In this document: positions 47,601-54,830 of the stretch, one piece after another
How the letters are laid out: every line of letters starts with the position of its first letter
How positions within the stretch are numbered: the stretch's first letter is position 1
NCBI GenBank assembly: GCA_018649825.1
Contig: JABIHC010000176.1
Span: forward strand, 1 to 61,642
From: Methanobacteriota archaeon
Lineage (GTDB): Archaea > Thermoplasmatota > Poseidoniia > Poseidoniales > Poseidoniaceae
Length of the DNA: 61,642 nucleotides
Direction of reading: 5' to 3'
Position numbers and translations under genes: made by a program
Notes under the pieces: model-generated
The model's input: only the letters and a program-made list of their open reading frames with translations
The model's database searches: none
Told to the model about the DNA's origin: nothing

Positions 47601-49461
47601 GGTCATCAACCCAAATCCCTCTATTACCGCTTGGTGCAAGTGAATTACGGACATTTAATCGCCCCCATCCTTCATCCTCATTGGGAATATCGCGAGTATC
47701 CATATCTTGGGCACCGAGAACGAGAAGGGCTTTGACGAGAGCGCCTTGTGGATTTGGACGAAGAGCGATTTCAGTTAGATATTCACGAACTAAGGCAGCA
47801 GCACCTGCTGCATTTGGAGTTGCCATTGAGGTGCCGGTGTATTCCATGTACCACTGATTATTCCAAGTTGAACCAGATGTATCTTGAGCTTCTTGAGCAA
47901 GGCAAGAACGGACATAGCCCCCTGGTGCAAGAAGGTCGGGTTTTATTCTTCCATCATCAGTTGGACCGCGACTTGAGCCGCTCATCACACTATCTGGCGC
48001 ACCAGAATAGCGTGATTGGTGCATGCCTATTACGACTGCATTCTTTGAAGTTGCAGGAGGGCTGACGGTTCCGGAGTCTGGCCCATTATTACCGGCAGCA
48101 AATAGAACTGTCAAACCATCTCGACCATTGTAATAGCGGTCGTAATAATTAGTTCTATCATCAACATCTTCCGAATCAGAAGTATATTCTCCATTTTCTG
48201 ATTCAGACATACTTCCCCACGAATTAGTATGGGTGCGTGCGTTATTATCGTAGGCAGTATTCAATAAATAATTGATACTTACAGAATAGAGATTTCCGGA
48301 AGGGTCATGCTCCATTGCTTGAAAATATAGGTGGGCTTCGGGAGCCACTCCAGCATAACCTCCACGCGTTCCATCTCCGAGAACTGAACAAGCAACGTGG
48401 GTTCCATGCCCAGTATCAGTATCTGCAGTTGAACTATCACCAACCAAGTCAACCTTTGCATCAATACGCGACCCAAAGTCGCCATGATCATGATCAATTC
48501 CTGTATCGGCTACTGCAACTACTTGACCAGAACCGTCAAGATTTGATGTGAAATATGATTCTACTGTATCAACACCCATGTAATTGCGTGCCTTTTCATT
48601 ATCAACTCCAATAATTGGAGTAGTATGGAACCATCCAACCGCAGGGAGGCTGAGCAGTTCAACGAGATTAGAAGTTGAGAGTTTACCTTCCCAGCGTCCA
48701 GCATCATAACGATGAGCCTCAATGAGAGAGTTCTGTGCGACACGACCCATGTGGCCCGCCAAAATAACTTCTTCAGTATCAACTATTGTCCAAGCATCAG
48801 GGACTGTACTGGTTGCATCATCTCGCCAACCTTCAATGCGTACTTCCTCGCCAAGTAGGGATTCTGGGCCGAGAAAAGAATCAATATTGGTAGTGCTGGC
48901 TTCTTGCCAAGCATCCAAAATCATGTTACTAGCCATCATTGCAATAGGTACGTCCAAACTTGCGACAACACCTTCTGCTACACTTGCACGAAGAAGCGAA
49001 TTAGGAGTTCCTTGAACGACTAAACCACTTGGAGAAATATATTCGCGCACAACTAATCCATCAATTTCAGCGAGATTATTTCGGGCATCCGTTAGTTGGT
49101 AATCTCCATCAATAATCAACAGGGAAAGGTCTTCGCGTGCCACTAGGGAAGCGGGGGGCAAATCATTTGCAATTATTGTGCCATTTACTCCATGGATCCC
49201 CAATCGAGATATGGCTAATGTTGACCTGCCTTCTGGAACAAAAGACTCACTTTGAATACCCAGCGCATCAAAAATTTGATTCTCATCAATTGAAAATAAC
49301 TTCCAATCACTAGATTCATCGCCTAAAGAATAAGGGGTGCCATTACCAAATCCACCGCTATCTCTACCTTCAGAAGTATCAGGTATTGCGAAGGTTGCAG
49401 CAAAAGGTGAGACACTCACAAACAAGAGAGGGAGGAGTAAAAAAGCAAGTCTAATACGCAT
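44623..49461 (-). CDS. Membrane-anchored giant subtilisin-like serine protease (S8) with many beta-sandwich repeats and a zinc-ribbon cytoplasmic tail
   Basis: The catalytic residues lie in VAVADTGIDHDHGDF (Asp), GHGTHVACSVLG (His), AAGNNGPD (Asn) and GTSMATPNAAGAAALV (Ser). The signal peptide MRIRLAFLLLPLLFVSVSPFAATFA starts at ATG 49461, with GGAGAT upstream; the ORF opens at GTG 49494. The TM helix is ILYTAIWSSFILILLGTVVFATIML, and the tail ends CWVC..CPNCG...CRNC. Confidence 0.88.
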   Translation of the reverse strand: MRIRLAFLLLPLLFVSVSPFAATFAIPDTSEGRDSGGFGNGTPYSLGDESSDWKLFSIDENQIFDALGIQSESFVPEGRSTLAISRLGIHGVNGTIIANDLPPASLVAREDLSLLIIDGDYQLTDARNNLAEIDGLVVREYISPSGLVVQGTPNSLLRASVAEGVVASLDVPIAMMASNMILDAWQEASTTNIDSFLGPESLLGEEVRIEGWRDDATSTVPDAWTIVDTEEVILAGHMGRVAQNSLIEAHRYDAGRWEGKLSTSNLVELLSLPAVGWFHTTPIIGVDNEKARNYMGVDTVESYFTSNLDGSGQVVAVADTGIDHDHGDFGSRIDAKVDLVGDSSTADTDTGHGTHVACSVLGDGTRGGYAGVAPEAHLYFQAMEHDPSGNLYSVSINYLLNTAYDNNARTHTNSWGSMSESENGEYTSDSEDVDDRTNYYDRYYNGRDGLTVLFAAGNNGPDSGTVSPPATSKNAVVIGMHQSRYSGAPDSVMSGSSRGPTDDGRIKPDLLAPGGYVRSCLAQEAQDTSGSTWNNQWYMEYTGTSMATPNAAGAAALVREYLTEIALRPNPQGALVKALLVLGAQDMDTRDIPNEDEGWGRLNVRNSLAPSGNRGIWVDDRAVLSSSGSVKTYTFEVEQSNLAFKAVLAWSDERGSRFSSSQLVNDLDLEVEMPDGTIYMGNAFANGKSVTAGTRDSVNNLEVVLVDQANIGTWTVRVKDASHAGSKTQPFALAVVGNGVNDLRPDPAPIEGSIVTDIAIPQVGDTVVVASQVQNFGNALVENLRVDFVVEGFVEDTNTISLGPGSVTNLYWNWVPQVDGNLSVGIEVDPLDNVEEIRENNNLIQTIIQVTTPGVKIESAQPTIILTDPDQATTSWTISLTNTALLMTNASLNIGSVYEIRDGQEYPSWYVSASGYNFSLNGSESAQIQVNMVHPTTPSPGTFVIPLTGIDVDNGLSYPFSLELVVPSIADINLNIPSKVLVSPVEPTDFYIDLTNQGNDAIGYNVFLDSPSGWNSGLIDLGSQPGASSGSTGALSIGSLRAIGITLTPPQVMIEAGTQLSLSLRIVSQTDPSVTWIEDIPVEVEIHEELIISLESTLGLLRPDSRVNMQFSVSNNGNSDVSVQPSAVLPGGWDLESSMNAINITWGDSVNWLITIEGNGNAGSGIMKLHLTSNSGRDSWEGNLSVIRIANPSLSFYSITYPDGSSYSNVLSGGAHPVGQQITLQWQVMNNGDGTWDPYSSLVIPNGFSGDCVQMDELASGQEDFVSCFLYIPNTEEPGTQPQIELRMVGGEISRSDSISLLVAEELAVDWTTELLPNVETGTEHLVKLRLLNSGNSQVSKVINIDVPSDWEVRIDGEPNVNLEAGQSTSVRLFVQTSKAGESNFNIYLSDADEVSGSTYNFTLIAEGEEIVEGKSNILYTAIWSSFILILLGTVVFATIMLKKKSNENGQHSPHLGVMPPNMAATGFTPIAPTAPVQPISAQLQTTNSSSNMMDQHKVLPPVESQPQASPIATPQDVTSSPSQNTPSTAPSSGNFSATISAAATEPVKPEESEMNNPNHKCWVCLKGLAEEGWQGCPNCGARYHLAADSCGVEKLQTCRNCEGEISAFVIR

Positions 49462-49481
49462 AAGAATTATCTCCAATATTA

Positions 49482-50072
49482 TCAAAGCAACCACATGCTT
49501 GTCGGTGCCGTATCAACAAACCAATCGCTAGCATAGTTGCCAACTGTATGGTCATATCTTTGTGAATGTGAAGAACCTTTTCCGTCAGTCCAATCAAGAA
49601 TAACTGAATATTGATACTCATCCCAAACCGTATGACCTTGAATAACCAATTCTAAATCATCTCCAGTTACACTACTATGAGCGGGTAGAATATCGCCACT
49701 CCAACTAGTACTGTCAACCAATTCACCTTCAACATCAGAAAAACTAATTGTTACCCTTACATCAGTGACTGCCCTACTTCCATCATTATCCAATGATACG
49801 AGGAATACATGAGTGCCGCCGCGCTGATAATATCTGCTTTCAACAGACATTGAGTCTCTCGGTATAGCCCAATGCCATGATGCTGCAACAAGCAAAAATA
49901 GTACTAAGAGGGTACAACTGGCGGCAATTACTCTACCGAGAGTGACTTGATGCCCTATTTCCAATAATTTTTCAGCAACTTCATGCGCTATCTTAAATTC
50001 TTCTTCGCTGACATCAATCAACTCATCCTCATCAGAAGTAGTTGAAAGGATTATTTGCTCATCATCTTTCAT
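49482..50072 (-). CDS. Small type-II membrane protein (acidic cytoplasmic N-terminus, one TM, about 120-aa external beta-rich domain)
   Basis: The TM helix is VIAASCTLLVLFLLVAASW. ATG 50072 shares 1 nt with the stop of the 1,594-aa gene and is preceded by GGAGGTGG. The stop lies 20 nt before the subtilase ATG. Confidence 0.6.
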   Translation of the reverse strand: MKDDEQIILSTTSDEDELIDVSEEEFKIAHEVAEKLLEIGHQVTLGRVIAASCTLLVLFLLVAASWHWAIPRDSMSVESRYYQRGGTHVFLVSLDNDGSRAVTDVRVTISFSDVEGELVDSTSWSGDILPAHSSVTGDDLELVIQGHTVWDEYQYSVILDWTDGKGSSHSQRYDHTVGNYASDWFVDTAPTSMWLL

Positions 50073-53000
50073 CAATTACCACCTCCAAATAAAGTCATTA
50101 CCACGGTTAATACAAGGGAAGAAAGTGGTTCAATAATGAGCATATGAGTAGTATCAGCACGTCCTCCTGTCAACGTATTAAGGAGGGAAAGATCGCCTGT
50201 AACTCCATTTACACCAAAGGTTGAGCCCGAAGGGACTGGGCCTGTTGCTTGAGCATCAATTAGAACTCCACGAGCATCCCAAGTAATGCCTCCAACCTCG
50301 ACATCGGCGTTCGCAGTCGCTACAATACGGCCTCCGGCCACATCATCAAGAACGACAACAGGGAATAACCAACTACCATAGACGTGAACGGTCATGGATT
50401 TGAGATTCTCTCCAGTTGCTTCCATTGAATGCAAATACATTCCGGGATATATCGGTGAGTCGGTTTGGCGATAGTAGAGCCGTCCGATTCCATCGCCAGA
50501 AGTAGAAATTTGTAATCCCCAATCATCGGTATGGGAAATACTGGTACGAGAAGGTAGGTCCTCAGCAATCATCACCATATTTGAACGGGATTCAAGGGCT
50601 TTTCCATTTGCATCAACATAGAGATCAAGGGTGTCTGCATTACTCGTATACTCAAGGGTGTACATGCCTTGGAACATCGCTTGTTCATTAATGTCATATT
50701 CGTAACTTGGCTGCATTGAAAGATGCAATTCACCGGGGAGTTGATGCATGAATACCGTTGCAGGATACCAAATACCATCGCGATAACGCATAGTTTGAAT
50801 CATCGCAGAGCCTGCCGATAAACCATTATTTTGTGCAGACTCGGGAACTGCAAAGTCAATTTGCAATAAATCACCAATTATTGTTGACATATCTCCAGTT
50901 GCAGGTAAATCATTGATTAGAGTTTCATAACGACTATCCACATTTCTATCAATTAGTATTGCATGTGCATATTCAAGAGGTTCTCCAAACTCATAATGAA
51001 GGTCAACATTTACTCTTGGAACCGTGAAAGAATCATCAGTTGAGATTTGCATTCTCACCGAAGCATCCCTTTGTAATGTAGTATCAAGACCGCTTATTTC
51101 AATTGCCACATCGCGATTTGAAACTCCATTCATTTCAAATCTCAACATTTCTCGAGCAGGCGTCCAACCCTCTAAATCAATCCTGAAATCATAAGTTGGC
51201 ACGCCATCGGGTTCTGAGTATCTATAGCCAAGATTCTCAATCGTTGGAGGTAGGTTAGGAAGCCAAGTGCGAATATGCCAAGAACGACGTTCTTCTGCAT
51301 CAATCCCCTCGGTTAGGAGTTGAGTACGGTCAATTAATTCCCATTCATCTGGCTCAATCAATCCATCATTCAATGCAAGTGCAAGTTCAGATGCTTGAAG
51401 GATATTATCGCCAAGAATTGCAAGGAATAAATCACGTTCATCAGTTGAAACAAGCCCGTCTTGCAAAATCCCTTCGAGTTGCCCACGCGGAGTACTGGTA
51501 AGCCAAACCATTGCACTTAGATTGAAATCTAACAAAGTTCGGTCTTCTATACTCAATGCGACACCATGCATCCAGTTGGGATCTTCTGGAACTACATCTC
51601 CCTTCTCAATATCGGCAATTATTGTGAAAGGGGCATCGGCATGGAGGTCCAGTCCGAGGGCAAGATCATCATTGTCTGAACCACCTCCGAGGTCACGGGT
51701 TAATTCGGAAACAAGGTCAGAAACAGATTGACCAAAGCCTACCATATCTCCAAGGAAGAAAGCGAGAGCACTAACTCCTTCTTCATCACCAAAACCAGGT
51801 GTAGCAAAACCCCCACTATCCACTTCGCTGGGATAATCAAAGGCTAGGGCTGAGGGGAGAGGATCAATTAACATGGTTGCATTTAATCCTAAATGTGGGT
51901 CCGCATAGGCGGTATCATCGCGAATCAATACATTGAATGGAGCCGAGGAAGAACGGTTAATGGCAATGTTTCCATTTCCTAATTCACCAACCGCACCAGG
52001 AACTTCAGGGGAAGTTCTGCGAATATTTGTGAGGTTTGACAGGCGAGCCGAAAGGTCGGCTTCACCAGTGATAGTATCCTGCCAAAAGTAAAAATGATCT
52101 CCATCCATAGTTTTTGGATTTGATGAATTGCTAATTTGGATGTTAATAGATGCAATCGGTTCATCGGCAATATAACCAAGAGTATCGCCAAGAAGTACTT
52201 CAAAATGAGAAGGCAAACCTTCCATTCGTATTGCATTTGCTTGCGGAGATTCAAATGCAGCATAGGTAATTGAACCAATTGGGCCATCTGCATGATAGGT
52301 AATTGATTCTGGACTTTGACTTATCATCAAACTTAGTGGACGGTTTGAAATGTGGGCGAATTGGTGTTGGCTGGCATTCAGTGTGCCACTATCGTGTGAA
52401 ATGAATACGATATCAATTGGAGCGGTGCTGGCACCAATTAATTCAATATCACGTATTTCATTATCAGGGTCAAAACTATGATATATACTTGAAACTTGAC
52501 TAATGTTTGCACTCAAAGAAACCGAGACGAGTGGGGTTTCCAACTGCAAGCGGCCAGGGACGGGGTCGAGCCCGCGGTCATGGCCCAAAACAATGTGGTC
52601 CTCCCCTAAAAACACCGGATGGTCGCTTGAACCGAGTTCCAGTGACAGAGTTCCAAGTATTTCTGAAGTACGTTGACCATGTGTAAGTGAGGTAAATAGA
52701 ACTTGATTATAGGATTCAATTCTAACAACCCCGCCGCCTTCACTTGCAGTAGAAACTATTGCCATTGGCAATCCCTGAATAATGCTGCCTACATCGAGAA
52801 TTATTTCTACTAATCCGAGCAGAATGTTATCAAAAAATTGTGAGAAAATATCCAAATTAATATCATCATACATCACCCGTATTCCTCCACCGGCGGGCAT
52901 TTCAAAACTACCATAAATCAGCAATACTTCAGGAATGTCCTCAATGAAAATATGGGTGCGACTATAGTCAAATGACGAACCATAACGCATCACATGGGCA

Positions 53001-54751
53001 GTGAATTCAATACTTGTAGCACGCTCATTGAGGGCGATTAAGATTAGGCTATCTGGCGGGCCAGCAGGGTTTATGGGCAAGGTATCATCATCGACATTGT
53101 CATCTTTATCACGAGTGAAATTCTTGATGGCGATTATCATAGAAAGGCGCTCATCGGGAACTTGGCCAGGGAGGTCTAGAGAGTCTGGTGCCGCCCCTAA
53201 CATAGTAAATATTGCATTGATTTCATCTTGCGGCATTGAATTGCCAGGGAGGCCGCGGAAAATAACCGAAGCATCGGTAATATTACCATAAGGTGAATCG
53301 GGTTCACTGTAATTTGAGCGGTCCTCGAAATAATGTATGGTTAAGTCGGCATTGATATCACCATAGTATTCAATCGTATCAAGACTATCCTTGCCAAGAT
53401 TGTCGTTACGGAATACCAAATCGGCTTCACTTAGCAACATTTGTGAATCTTCAGTAGGATGGAATGCTGCATCAATATAGGCCACTTCAAGGGGGTTGCG
53501 GGCACCAGATGAGTCAGGCAATCCATAATGAATGTAGCCAATACCTATTCCGATTTTGCATTTATGCTGACGCGACTTTGCCAAATGGTCTCGGCTAGGG
53601 TCGTACCATAATTCACCATTTGCCAACTCATCCCAACAATCTTGCTGGCGATTAGTCCCCGGTTCATTTGGATTATGCATGGTAATTGAATATGGTGCAG
53701 AAACTTCGGTAAGGAGTAATGTGGATTCATTGAAACTAGGGCTAAATAATTGCGCAATTAGAGTAATAATATTTGTTCCAAGAGCAGTAATATCAAATTC
53801 CATGCGTTCAAGACCAACCCGTAATTGGAAATCATATGGGGGTTGAGTAAAAGATGAATCAATAACAAAGGCATAGCCTTCACCATCAGCGCCTACTGAC
53901 AATTCATAGGCAAAACCTTTGATTAGCGTTACTTCCATTGATTCCATAGACTCCCAAATCGCAGCAGAATTAGCAGTATTATTCAACATATGAACTCGCC
54001 ATTGGAAAGTTGGGCGAATCCACAAAGATTCGGGAGTTGGCACCAAACCGTCTGACATCTCAATATCCCAACCAACTCCTTGTTGCCCAAGTCCCATAAT
54101 GGTTAACCCAACCAATAAATCATCATTGCCATCACCATCCAAATCAATACTATTCTCAAAAGGAGTAGAGCCGGAAAGAGTAATCAAGTCGCCAGTGAAA
54201 GTACCTGAATCCCAAGCTTCATATTGAGGGCCATTTCCTCGGGCGGAATAGTTGACATAGAGGACATAGGAATTGATTCCAATAGCAAGTGGATCACTCA
54301 AATCAGGGGGGAGGCCAAAGAGGGTATCGAGAAGGTTTGAGGGGAAATTGGGAGGTTGGGTATCCTCATTCAATAACAACTCGTAAGGCCGGGGGTGGTC
54401 GGGAGAAGGAGGAGATGTGTCACGCAAGGCTATTTTGGCCATTTGTGTATTTACTTCTTCGAGGGGGTCAGACGGACCGCTGTCTCGCAGGCTCGCTTCT
54501 ACACCGGATAATGAGCCTGTAGCCATTAATCCAACATCAGAATCATCGGCGGCACCAGCCCGTTCATTCAACACCTTATCAAGGGCTGAAAGTACACCGA
54601 AATCATCACTTGCAACTTGCAGAGACCCTGCGCTTGCAAGTGGTGAAAAAGTAGGGGCGATGAATAGAATCATCATGATAATGCCAAGGCGTATCGGACG
54701 CGTATCGGCTGGCTTCAAACCAGCCACTAACACTCGAACATGCTCACCCAT
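50072..54751 (-). CDS. Giant orphan surface protein (about 1,560 aa) with signal peptide and C-terminal hydrophobic anchor
   Basis: The probable start is ATG 54751 (MGEHVRV..RPIRLGIIMMILFIAPTFSPLASAGS); the ORF opens at 54856. A single FG-GAP/Ca-binding-like DLDGDGNDDLLVG is present. The C-terminus is LIIEPLSSLVLTVVMTLFGGGN. No catalytic motif was recognised. Confidence 0.65.
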   Translation of the reverse strand: MGEHVRVLVAGLKPADTRPIRLGIIMMILFIAPTFSPLASAGSLQVASDDFGVLSALDKVLNERAGAADDSDVGLMATGSLSGVEASLRDSGPSDPLEEVNTQMAKIALRDTSPPSPDHPRPYELLLNEDTQPPNFPSNLLDTLFGLPPDLSDPLAIGINSYVLYVNYSARGNGPQYEAWDSGTFTGDLITLSGSTPFENSIDLDGDGNDDLLVGLTIMGLGQQGVGWDIEMSDGLVPTPESLWIRPTFQWRVHMLNNTANSAAIWESMESMEVTLIKGFAYELSVGADGEGYAFVIDSSFTQPPYDFQLRVGLERMEFDITALGTNIITLIAQLFSPSFNESTLLLTEVSAPYSITMHNPNEPGTNRQQDCWDELANGELWYDPSRDHLAKSRQHKCKIGIGIGYIHYGLPDSSGARNPLEVAYIDAAFHPTEDSQMLLSEADLVFRNDNLGKDSLDTIEYYGDINADLTIHYFEDRSNYSEPDSPYGNITDASVIFRGLPGNSMPQDEINAIFTMLGAAPDSLDLPGQVPDERLSMIIAIKNFTRDKDDNVDDDTLPINPAGPPDSLILIALNERATSIEFTAHVMRYGSSFDYSRTHIFIEDIPEVLLIYGSFEMPAGGGIRVMYDDINLDIFSQFFDNILLGLVEIILDVGSIIQGLPMAIVSTASEGGGVVRIESYNQVLFTSLTHGQRTSEILGTLSLELGSSDHPVFLGEDHIVLGHDRGLDPVPGRLQLETPLVSVSLSANISQVSSIYHSFDPDNEIRDIELIGASTAPIDIVFISHDSGTLNASQHQFAHISNRPLSLMISQSPESITYHADGPIGSITYAAFESPQANAIRMEGLPSHFEVLLGDTLGYIADEPIASINIQISNSSNPKTMDGDHFYFWQDTITGEADLSARLSNLTNIRRTSPEVPGAVGELGNGNIAINRSSSAPFNVLIRDDTAYADPHLGLNATMLIDPLPSALAFDYPSEVDSGGFATPGFGDEEGVSALAFFLGDMVGFGQSVSDLVSELTRDLGGGSDNDDLALGLDLHADAPFTIIADIEKGDVVPEDPNWMHGVALSIEDRTLLDFNLSAMVWLTSTPRGQLEGILQDGLVSTDERDLFLAILGDNILQASELALALNDGLIEPDEWELIDRTQLLTEGIDAEERRSWHIRTWLPNLPPTIENLGYRYSEPDGVPTYDFRIDLEGWTPAREMLRFEMNGVSNRDVAIEISGLDTTLQRDASVRMQISTDDSFTVPRVNVDLHYEFGEPLEYAHAILIDRNVDSRYETLINDLPATGDMSTIIGDLLQIDFAVPESAQNNGLSAGSAMIQTMRYRDGIWYPATVFMHQLPGELHLSMQPSYEYDINEQAMFQGMYTLEYTSNADTLDLYVDANGKALESRSNMVMIAEDLPSRTSISHTDDWGLQISTSGDGIGRLYYRQTDSPIYPGMYLHSMEATGENLKSMTVHVYGSWLFPVVVLDDVAGGRIVATANADVEVGGITWDARGVLIDAQATGPVPSGSTFGVNGVTGDLSLLNTLTGGRADTTHMLIIEPLSSLVLTVVMTLFGGGN

Positions 54752-54830
54752 GCACCCCGTAGGGGTGCAGGTATGCTTTAGGACATTGGGTCTATTGGAC
54801 TCACCACATCGAGGTTTGAAGTGAAGGAAA

